Assembly (NCBI GenBank): GCA_963706095.1
Contig: OY970149.1
Location: 1,152,418-1,216,417, forward strand
Length of the DNA: 64,000 bases
Source of the DNA: an uncultured Chloroflexia bacterium
Lineage (GTDB): Bacteria; Chloroflexota; Limnocylindria; Limnocylindrales; CSP1-4
Reading direction: 5' to 3'
Position numbers and translations under genes: made by a program. Numbering within the stretch: position 1 is the stretch's first letter; each line of letters begins with the position of its first letter. Below the pieces are notes generated by a model. The model did no database searches. It was given only the letters and a program-made list of their open reading frames with translations, and had not been told where the DNA came from. Positions 10,531 through 20,200 of the stretch are shown here, in pieces.

Positions 10531-11625
10531 ATGGCCAGAGCGACGACACCCACCGACTCAACGACCACCCGGCCGATCAGCCTGCGCGACCGACTGCGCG
10601 CCTGGGCCGAGATCATGCAGACGGCGAATCCACCGCAGACGCTGCCGCTCGACACGCTTGGCAAGTGGCTCGTGATGACGCGCGCCGCGGTGTTCCCGAT
10701 GACGATCTGGTCGGGCACGATCGGCCTGCTGGTGGCGGCCGAGGTTGCGCGCAACGGCGCCCCGATCACGATCAACTGGGCCGCGGCCATCCTGGCGATC
10801 GTGGGCATCGTCCTCGCCCACGCCGCCAACAACCTGATCAACGACTACTTCGACATGACCGGCGGCGTCGACACGGACGACTACGTCCGCGCGCTCTACG
10901 CGCCGCATCCGGTCTTGGCTGGTTGGGTTTCGAAGGCCACGCTGCGCAACGCGATCGTCGTTCTCACCTTCGTCGACGGGCTGATCATGCTCGCGCTCGC
11001 GGCGATGAGCCCACAGCCACTCCTGGTGATCGGTTTCGCCCTGGCTGGGCTGTTCCTGAGCGTCTTCTACGTGGCGCCACCGTTCAGCCTCAAGCGCCAC
11101 GGCCTGGGCGAGGTCGACGTCTTCCTGACGTGGGGGCCGCTCATGATCGGCGGCACGTACCTGGTCGCGACGGGGACGATCCCGCTATGGGTGATCGTCT
11201 TCTCGATCCCCTACGCCCTGTTGGTGACGAGCGTCCTTTTCGGCAAGCACATCGACAAGATCGTGCCCGACACCGCGCTCGGAATTCGCACGCTGCCCGT
11301 GATCCTGGGCGAGCGCCTCGCGCGCCGAACCGGCCAGGCGCTGATGATCCTCTTCTACCCTCTGGTGCTGCTCGCGGTGCTGGCCGGTTGGGTCGGCCCA
11401 TGGGTCGGACTGGCCGTGCTGGCCTTCCCCGAGCTGATGAGGACGCTGCGCTACTACAACGAGCCCAAGCCCGATTCGCCGCCGGACTGGTATCCCAAGC
11501 GCGGCTGGCCGCTGTGGTTCGTTGGCTTCGCGTTCCGCCACACGCGCCTGGCCGGCGGCCTGCTCACCCTGGGCCTGCTGATGAACGTGCTCATCCCGGT
11601 GACGCTGCCACTGCCCTGGCTCTAG
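10531..11625 (+). CDS. UbiA-family aromatic prenyltransferase (MenA/UbiA-like).
   Basis: NNLINDYFDMTGGVD matches the UbiA NDxxDxxxD motif. Polytopic membrane protein. Start chosen at ATG 10531. Confidence 0.8.
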   Translation: MARATTPTDSTTTRPISLRDRLRAWAEIMQTANPPQTLPLDTLGKWLVMTRAAVFPMTIWSGTIGLLVAAEVARNGAPITINWAAAILAIVGIVLAHAANNLINDYFDMTGGVDTDDYVRALYAPHPVLAGWVSKATLRNAIVVLTFVDGLIMLALAAMSPQPLLVIGFALAGLFLSVFYVAPPFSLKRHGLGEVDVFLTWGPLMIGGTYLVATGTIPLWVIVFSIPYALLVTSVLFGKHIDKIVPDTALGIRTLPVILGERLARRTGQALMILFYPLVLLAVLAGWVGPWVGLAVLAFPELMRTLRYYNEPKPDSPPDWYPKRGWPLWFVGFAFRHTRLAGGLLTLGLLMNVLIPVTLPLPWL

Positions 11626-12253
11626 GACGTCGTGCGGCGCGAGGCCGCGGCGCGTGTGCCCGGAGCGCTCGACGCCAGATTCCGCTTCAAACACACACCC
11701 CGGGCCACTTCGGGGCCAGCGGCGGGCCCTTACGGACGCCCTGCCCGCTCGACACGCGTGCGGACCACGCTAGGAATGGCGGCTGGAGGCTGATCAGACC
11801 CCCGACTGGCGGCTCGCAGGCTGAATAGCCCGGCGACCGGGGGCTCGGAGGCTGAACAGCGGGCGACCAGAGGCTGGTGCGCTGAACACCTCGGCCAAGC
11901 TGGTGATTCGGGTTCGAAAGCGGGCCGTGTGTGAGTTTGAAGCGGATTCTCGGGAAGCGGCGCGCTAGCTCGCGGATTCCATCGAGTTGGTGCAGCCAGC
12001 GTTCCAACGGACCGCGGACCGATTAAAACGGACCGCCGACCGATGCATTTGAAGAGTGAGGCGCCCAATTCGATGCTTCGCTGAGCGTGGTGGTGAGTCC
12101 GAAAGCGCCAGGACGGCCAGTCGCGAGCCTCCAAGGCTTATGCAGCGGTCCGTTGGAACGTCCAGCGGTTCACCCGCGCCGCAGCCGGGGGGCGGTTCAC
12201 CGCGCTGCAGCCAGGCTGACTCACGGCGGCCGGGGTAGGTCGTGCCGCGGGGG
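11626..12253. repeat. Repeat-dense non-coding region: an IR-bounded element with 4 x 31-bp iteron-like tandem repeats, followed by a second IR-bounded element.
   Basis: Inverted repeats cagattccgcttcaaacacacaccc (11677-11701) and gggccgtgtgtgagtttgaagcggattctcg (11922-11952). Four 31-bp units each starting ggctgaNcag at 11788, 11819, 11850, 11880. A second perfect IR ccgcggtccgttggaacg at 11998-12016 and 12139-12157. Confidence 0.5.
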
Positions 12254-12796
12254 CTAGCGGGGCCAGGTGGTTTCGAAGACGTACTCCAGGCCGTCTATCT
12301 CGTCCATCTGCTCGCCCACCTTGGCGAAGCCGAACTTGCCGATGAGTGCCAGCGACGCCCGGTTGCTCGGTGCCACCGACGCCACGAAGCGGGTCACGCC
12401 GTGCTTCGAGTGGGCCCAGTCGAACATTGCGCGGACGGCTTCGCTGGTCAGACCCTGGCGTCGGTAGCGGGGGTCGATGCCGTAGCCGATCTCGGCCCGG
12501 CCCTCCGCATCTGGGCGGCCGTGGAAGCCGATCGACCCGAGCGCGTGGCGCTTGCCCGAATCGTCGGCCAGGACGATCGCCCGGCCGAGCCACTCGCGCT
12601 CAGTAGGGTCGCGCTCGAGCTGGCCGAGCCGGTACGCGAGGAAATGCTTGAGCTGGGCGGGCATCCAGCGCGGCACCGTCGCCCCAACCTCACGCTCGGC
12701 CGTGGCAAAGTCGCGCCGCTGCAGGGCCTGCATGAAAGGCACGCTCATCGACACGAGCTCGAGCCGAGGCGTGCGGATCGTCTCGGGATCGGTCAA
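12254..12796 (-). CDS. GNAT family N-acetyltransferase (RimJ/RimL-like).
   Basis: 180 aa, acetyl-CoA binding motif RRQGLTSEAVRAMFDWA. Confidence 0.75.
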   Translation of the reverse strand: MTDPETIRTPRLELVSMSVPFMQALQRRDFATAEREVGATVPRWMPAQLKHFLAYRLGQLERDPTEREWLGRAIVLADDSGKRHALGSIGFHGRPDAEGRAEIGYGIDPRYRRQGLTSEAVRAMFDWAHSKHGVTRFVASVAPSNRASLALIGKFGFAKVGEQMDEIDGLEYVFETTWPR

Positions 12797-14211
12797 GCGG
12801 CGCGACCGCGATGTGCGAGGTACTCGAGCAGGTCCAGCTTGGTGACCACGCCGGCGGCGCGCCCTCGCTCGACCACGACGATGGCCGGCGCGCCGCCCGA
12901 CAGCAGTGCAAAGGCACTGTCGAGCGATTCAGGAGCATCAATCGTGGGCAGTGGCTTGTCCATGACCTCGCCCACTGTCCGTTCCACCACCGTGGGATCG
13001 CGATATGTGCGATCGAGCAGGCCTTTCTCGCTGACGCTACCCACCACATCTTCGATCGCATCGCCTTCCGGCGTTTCCGATACGGGCATCTGCGATATGC
13101 CATATAGCTGGAGCAGGTCGATTGCGGCACCGACGCGATCCGTCGTGCGAGCCAGGACCACGGAGGGCATCACCTCCGGCCGGTGGCCGTTGCGCAGCAC
13201 GTCGGCGACGCGACTCGTTTCGCCGGCCGTGCCCATGAGGCCGTTGATGCGCATCCACTCGTCGTTGTAGAGCTTCGAGAGGTAGTTGCGCCCGCCGTCG
13301 GGGAACATGACCACGATCACCTTGTCCTCGGCCTCGCCGGCGTCGATCAGCTCACGAGCGACGGTCAGGGTCGCGATCAGGGCCGTGCCACACGACTCGC
13401 CGGCGAGGATGCCCTCCTCTCGCGTGATCCGCCGCGCGGCCTGGAAGGCGTCGCGGTCCGAGACGCGGACCCAGCGGTCGACCATCTGCGGGTCGTACGT
13501 GCCCGGAAAGAAGTCCTCGCCGATGCCCTCGGTGAGGTACGGGCGCGCGACATCGCCGGACAAAACGCTGCCCTCCGGATCGCCGCCGACCATCACGATC
13601 GTGGGGTTCTGCTCCTTCAGATAGCGCCCCGTGCCGCTGATCGTTCCACCCGTCCCGGAGGCAACCACGAGGTGTGTGATCCGCCCCTCGGTCTGGCGCC
13701 ACAGCTCGGGGCCCGTGGTGCGGTAGTGCGCCTCGGGATTGTTCATGTTGGCGTACTGGTCGGGCTGAAAAGCGCCCGGGATATCTCGCGCCAGCCGTCG
13801 CGCAACCGAGTAGTAGGACTCGGGCGATTCGGGCTCGACGTTGGTCGGGCAGAGCACTACCTCCGCGCCGTATGCGCGCAGCAGCGCTTGCTTCTCGGCT
13901 GACTGCTTGTCGGCCATCACGAAGATGCAGCGGTAGCCCTTCAGGGCAGCGGCAATTGCCAATCCGTGCCCGGTATTGCCGGAGGTTGGCTCGATGATCG
14001 TGCCGCCCGGCTTGAGCAGTCCGTCGCGCTCGGCCGCTTCGATCATTGGCAGGCCGATGCGGTCCTTGACTGAGCCGCCGGGGTTGAGCATCTCGAGCTT
14101 GGCCAGGATCAGCGGCTGGCGCTCCAGTGGCCCGAGCTCGCGCGTGACCCGTGTCAGCCGGACCAGGGGTGTGTCGCCGACCAGCTCGAGGATCGACTCG
14201 GCGTAGTGCAT
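12793..14211 (-). CDS. cbs: Cystathionine beta-synthase (PLP domain plus CBS pair).
   Basis: N-terminal Trp-synthase-beta-like PLP domain (LNPGGSVKDRIG with PLP Lys, GNTG). C-terminal tandem CBS domains. 472 aa. Confidence 0.85.
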   Translation of the reverse strand: MHYAESILELVGDTPLVRLTRVTRELGPLERQPLILAKLEMLNPGGSVKDRIGLPMIEAAERDGLLKPGGTIIEPTSGNTGHGLAIAAALKGYRCIFVMADKQSAEKQALLRAYGAEVVLCPTNVEPESPESYYSVARRLARDIPGAFQPDQYANMNNPEAHYRTTGPELWRQTEGRITHLVVASGTGGTISGTGRYLKEQNPTIVMVGGDPEGSVLSGDVARPYLTEGIGEDFFPGTYDPQMVDRWVRVSDRDAFQAARRITREEGILAGESCGTALIATLTVARELIDAGEAEDKVIVVMFPDGGRNYLSKLYNDEWMRINGLMGTAGETSRVADVLRNGHRPEVMPSVVLARTTDRVGAAIDLLQLYGISQMPVSETPEGDAIEDVVGSVSEKGLLDRTYRDPTVVERTVGEVMDKPLPTIDAPESLDSAFALLSGGAPAIVVVERGRAAGVVTKLDLLEYLAHRGRAA

Positions 14212-14248
14212 CCGCGGCCGAGTATAGGTTGCGACTCGCGCGTATCCT

Positions 14249-17200
14249 CGGGCATCCGATGACCAGCACCGTTCCTGACGCCACGGCCCGGCTCGAGCAG
14301 CGCATCGCCAAGCTGGAGGCGGAGCTCGAGCGGCAGCGCCGTGCCGTGCGCGACCAGTCGGCCCTCTTCCGCATTGCTGCCTTGGCCAACGAGGCGGACG
14401 ACATGCGCACCTTCTACGAGGGCGTGCACGAGATCCTGCGCGGGCTGCTCTACGCCGAAAACATGTACGTGGCGCTCTACGACGAGGAGCGCCAGCTGAT
14501 CAGCTTCCCGTACTACGTCGACCAGGTCGACGTGGACGTTCCCGATGCTCGTCAGTGGGATCGCCTGGGGACGGGCCAGGCCTCAGGCGTTACTGGCTTC
14601 ATTCTCCGAACCGGACGGCTTCTCCACAATTCCTCGGCCGATTGGAGAACGCTGGTCGATTCGGGCGAGGTTTCAGATCTCGGAGCCGACGCGTCGGACT
14701 ACCTTGGCGTACCGCTCAAGACAAACGGACGCACGATCGGTGTGCTCGCCGTCCAGAACTACACGCCGGGGAGCGTGTACGACGAAGCCGATGAACAGCT
14801 CCTCGCCTTTGTCGCCGACCACATCGCGGCGGCCCTCGCCCGGACGCGTACGAATGCCGACCTGCGCCAGCGCAACGCCGCCCTGGCCATCGTCAACGAC
14901 GTCGGTCAGGGACTGGCCGAGCAGCTCGATCTGACCGCCGTGACCGAGCTGGTCGGCGAGCGACTGCACGGGACCTTCCCCGATATTGACCTCTTCGTCG
15001 CACTGTTCCATGCGAACACCAATCAGATCAGCTTCCCGTATGAGTTCGCCGACGGGGAGAGGATCCATACCGAACCCATATCGGCCGAGCGTGGCCTGAC
15101 GGCGACGGTGATCAAGACCCGCGCGCCGCTGCTGCTGCGCAACACGGACGAGCTCGAGGCTGCAGGCGCCCTGAGCATCGGCATCAAGAACCGGCATTCG
15201 TGGCTCGGAGTCCCGGTCTTCGGCGGGTCCGATGTGATCGGCGTGCTGGGCATGGAGAGCACCCAGCCCTACGCCTTTGACGAGGATGACGTGCGGCTGC
15301 TCTCGACGCTTGCTGCGAGCACCGGTGCCGCGCTGCGAAACGCGCGCCTCTTCGACGAGACCAACAGCCTCCTTGCGGAGACCACGCAGCGCAATGCCGA
15401 GCTGGCGATCGTCAACGAAGTCGGCCATGCGCTGGCGAAGCAGCTCGACCTGACGGCTGTGACGGAGCTCGTCGGTGAGCGCCTGCACGAAACCTTCCCG
15501 AACACAGAATCTCTTCGTGGCGCTCTACCACCCCCCGACTAACGAGATCAGCTTTCCCTATGAGGTCGCCGACGGCGAACGTCTGCGGACCGAGCCTATC
15601 TCGGCCGAATCAGGGCTGACCGCAACGGTCATCAGAAATCGCGCGCCCGTTCTCATCAGAAGCGAGGATGAGATGCGCGCGGCAGGTGCCATCGACATCG
15701 GAGGCGCGTTCAGTCAGTCGTGGCTGGGTGTGCCGATCCTCGCGGGCGAAGAGCTGATCGGCGTACTCGCGATGGAAAGCCCCGAGCCAAACGCCTTTGA
15801 CGAGGGCGACGTACGCCTCGTATCGACGCTTGCGGCGAGCACCGGTGCTGCGCTCCGCAACGCACGGCTGTTCGATGAGACGAGCCGGCTGCTCGCCGAA
15901 ACCGAGCAGCGCAACGCGGAGCTGGCCGTCATCAACGAGATCGGCGAGGCGCTAGCCAAACAGCTCGATTTCCAGGCCATCATCGATGCCGTAGGCGAGC
16001 GCGTCATGTCGATCTTCCAGGTCGATACCGGTTTTCTGGGGCTCTACCACGAAGCGTCGGAAACGCTGTCCATGGAATACGCGATCGATGTCGGTGAGCG
16101 CTACCGGGATCTCCCACCGGCCGCCCTGAATCTGCTGACAGGACCCGTGATTCGCTCACGCCGGCCCGTGCGCCTCGGCACGGCGGCCGAGGCCGAAGAG
16201 CTCAGCCCGATCATCATCGGAACAGATGTAGCCGAGTCATGGCTCGGCGTACCGATTCTGGCCGGCGACCGCGTGCTCGGCATGATCGCAATTGAGCGAC
16301 GGCCCAAGCACGCATTCAGTGAAGCCGACGAGCGGCTCCTGGCAACGATTGCCGCGAACGTTGGCGTCGCCCTCGAGAACGCGCGCCTCTTCGACGAGAC
16401 CAAGAGCCTGCTCGCGCAGACCGAGCAGCGCGCGTCGGAGCTGGCGATCATCAACGAGATCGGTGCCGCCCTGAGCGAGCAGCTCGAGTTCGAGGCGATC
16501 GTCGATCTGGTCGGCGAGCGGCTCGACGCAATGTTTAAAACCGAAAGCCTGTTCATCGGGCTCTTCGACGAGCCTACAAACATGATCTCGTTCCCGTACG
16601 AGGTCGACAGCGGGAAGCGCGTCCATGGCGACCCGATCGAGTTCGGCCAGGGCCTCTCGTCGCTGGTGCTCAGGGAGAAGCGCCCATTGAGGTTCGCCAC
16701 CCAGGCCGAACAGGCGGATCAGGGCGGCTTCATGGGAACCTATGTCGACGCTAACCCAGACGAGCACGAGCAAAACGAGTCGTGGCTGGGCGTGCCCATC
16801 ATGTCGGGCCGCAAGGCGATCGGACTCGTCGTCCTGGGCGAGCTCGAGCCGAACCACTTCACCGAAGCCGACGAGCGCCTGGTCGCGACGATCGCTGCGA
16901 ATCTCGGTGTAGCCCTCGAGAACGCGCGGCTGTTCGACGAAACGAGGAGTCTCCTCGCCCAAACGGAGCAGCGCAACGCCGAGCTGGCGGTCGTTAACGA
17001 GATCAGCGCAGCGCTCTCCAAGCAGCTCGACTTCAACGCGATCATCGAGGCCGTCGGCATCAAGCTGGGCGAAGTCCTTGGGTCGCAGGACATGTCGATC
17101 GGGATTGTGGATGAGAAGGCCGGTCTGATTCGGACGCCGTACTTCACGGAGGACGGCGTCCGCGACTTCGACGTTGAGCCGCTCGAGCTCGGAAAGGGCC

Positions 17201-20200
17201 TCAGCTCACGGATCCTGGCGACCGGTCAGTCGATCCGGATCGGCAGCCAGGAGGACGCCCAGGGATTGGGTGCCGTGTTTGTTGGCGATGTCGACGCCGA
17301 GTTCAAGCAATCCTTTCTTGGTGTGCCCATCCCGAGTGGCGACCGCTTCATGGGCGTGCTGTCAGTCGCGAAGTTGGAGCGCAACGCCTTCAGCGAGCGC
17401 GACGAACAACTCGTATCGACCGTCGCCGCGAGCATGGGCGTGGCGCTGGAGAACGCGCGCCTCTTCGGCGAGACGAAACGTCTACTCACCGAAACCGAGC
17501 AGCGTGCCTCCGAGCTTTCGATCATCAACGAGATCGGTGCGGCACTGGCCGAACAGCTCGATTTCGCGGCGATCGTCGATCTTGTCGGCGATCGACTGGT
17601 GGCGATGTTCCGGGCGCAGAGCTTCCGTATCGCCCTCTACGACCGCGCGACGAACATGATCGACAGCTCTTACGAGATCGTCGATGGGCGACGTGTTCAT
17701 TCCGACGCGTTCGCATTCGGTCCGGGCCTGACGTCGCAGGTTCTGAGCAGCAAGAAACCCCTTCGCCTGGGGACCTTCACCGAGCAGTCCGAGCTAGGCG
17801 GGTTCCTGCCCACTTATGTCGAGGACGACGATCTGTCGGACGACGTCGACGAGTCGTGGCTGGGCGTGCCCATCATGGCCGGACGCGAGGCGATCGGCGT
17901 GGTCGTCATCAGCGATCCAGCACCCAACAAGTTCAGCGAGGCCGACGAGCGGCTGGTTGCGACCATCGCCGCGAGCATGGGCGTGGCCCTCGAGAACGCC
18001 CGGTTGTTCGACGAGACGAAGCGCCTTCTCTCCGAAACGAACGAGCGTGCCGCCGAGCTGGCGATCATCAACAGCGTCCAGCAGGGCCTGGCAGCCAAGC
18101 TCGACATGCAGTCGATGTTCGAGCTCGTCGGCGAAAAGATCGCCGAGATCTTCGACGCGCCGACGATGTCGATCCTGACGTTCGACACCGAGCGCGAGGA
18201 GACGACCAATCGATTCGGGTTGGAGCGTGGCGTTCGCGACGAGGCCACGTACACCACCCCCATGAGCCCATTTGCGCGGCATCTGATCGAAACCGGCGAG
18301 CCGATCGTGGTCAATCGCGACATCCACGGCTGGCTCGACGAACACGGACTTACGGTCAGGGTCATCGGCGACGATCCCAAGTCGATGGTGTTCGCGCCGC
18401 TCGTACTGAACGGTCAGGTTGCCGGTGCGATCTCGTTACAGAACCTTGACCGCGAGGACGCGTTCAACGAATCCGACTTCCGCCTCTTGACCACCTTGGC
18501 AGCGAGCCTGAGCGTCGCGCTCGAAAACGCGCGACTGTTCGACGAAACGCAGCGCCTGCTGACCGAGACCAACGAGCGGGCGGCCGAGTTGGCGATCATC
18601 AACAGCGTCCAGGAAGGTCTCGCGTCGCAACTGGACATGCGCGCGATGTACGACCTCGTGGGCGACAAGATCGGCGAAATCTTCGACGCGCAGGTCGTGG
18701 TGATCATCTCCTACGACACCGCAAGCGACATCGCCCATTACCACTACATGCGCGAGCGCGGTGAGCGCTTCGGGCCGGTCGATGAATTGATCGACGAGCT
18801 CAGCAAGCAGGTGATTGCCACTCGCCAACCGGTACGGATCGCCGACCTCGGTGAATGGGAACGTGACAACGGAATTCACATTCCGATCGTTCAAGGAGAG
18901 CCAACCAAGTCGCTGTTGCTCGTGCCACTGCTGGCCGGCAGCGAAGTCGTAGGCGCGGTTTCCATTCAAAACGTTGATCACGTGGATGCTTTCAACGAGG
19001 GCGATCTGCGCCTGCTGGTCACGTTGGGATCGAGCCTGAGCGTTGCCCTCGAGAACGCGCGGCTTTTCGACGAGACACAGCGCCTGTTGACCGAAACCAA
19101 CGAGCGGGCCGCCGAGTTGGCAATCATCAACAGCGTCCAGGAAGGCCTCGCTGCAAAGCTCGAGATGCAGTCGATGTACGAGCTCGTTGGCGACAAGATC
19201 CGCGAGATATTCGACGCCCAGGTTGTTGTGGTGTCGCTGTTCGACACTGAGGCTCAGACGGCGACATACCCGTACGTGCACGAGCGTGGCGCTCGCCTGG
19301 AGCCTACTGAGTCGCCGCTGGGTATCGGCGATCGGCTGCTCATCGATACGGGCGAGACCGTGCTGATCAATGACCTTGCGGCATGGGAGGCCGAGACCGG
19401 CCTCGAGCTCCCCGTCATCGAGGGCGAGGCGGTGAAATCGATCGTAGCCGTGCCCTTGCTGGTGGATGGTTCCGTCTACGGAGCCTTGGCCCTCCAGAAC
19501 ATCGATCGAACCAACGCCTTCTCAGACTCCGACGTTCGCCTGCTGACAACGCTCACCTCGAGTCTCAGCGTGGCCCTGGAAAACGCGCGGCTGTTTGCTG
19601 AGACGCAGCGGCTGCTCCAAGAGACGAACGAGCGGGCCGCCGAGCTGGCAATCATCAACAGCGTCCAGGAGGGCCTCGCTGCAAAGCTCGAGATGCAGTC
19701 GATGTACGACCTGGTGGGCGACAAGATCCAGGAGATCTTCGACGCGCAGGTCGTCACGATCGCCATCTACGACTTCGATGCCGAGCTCAGTCTCTATCCG
19801 TATTCGTTCGAGAGAGGCAAGAAGGCGCCAGGCGGGAACGAGTCGACGCCGATTACGGACAACACGAGGCGGATGCTCGCCCTTTACCAGACCGGCAAGC
19901 CGGTGGTGATCGACAACTACGAGGAGTTCGAAGAACAGACGGGTATCAAGTTCACCATCAGCGGCGAGCCATCCAAGTCGATGGTGTTCGCGCCGCTCAG
20001 CACCGGCGGCAAGGTCTTCGGCCGCATCTCGCTTCAGAACCTCGATCGCTATTCGGCCTTCAGCGAATCGGACGTGCGCCTGATCACGACCCTCGCCGGC
20101 AGCCTGAGCGTGGCGCTCGAAAACGCACGGCTGTTTGACGAGACGCAGCGCCTCCTGACCGAGACGAACGAGCGCGCTGCCGAATTGCAGATCATCACCA

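Noticed and set aside
11788-11911. Four 31-bp units as a possible mini-CRISPR
   Set aside because: Only ~10 bp of each unit is conserved. The units are contiguous (no spacers), there are no cas genes nearby, and only 4 units. Better explained as an iteron/binding-site array or MITE internal repeat.
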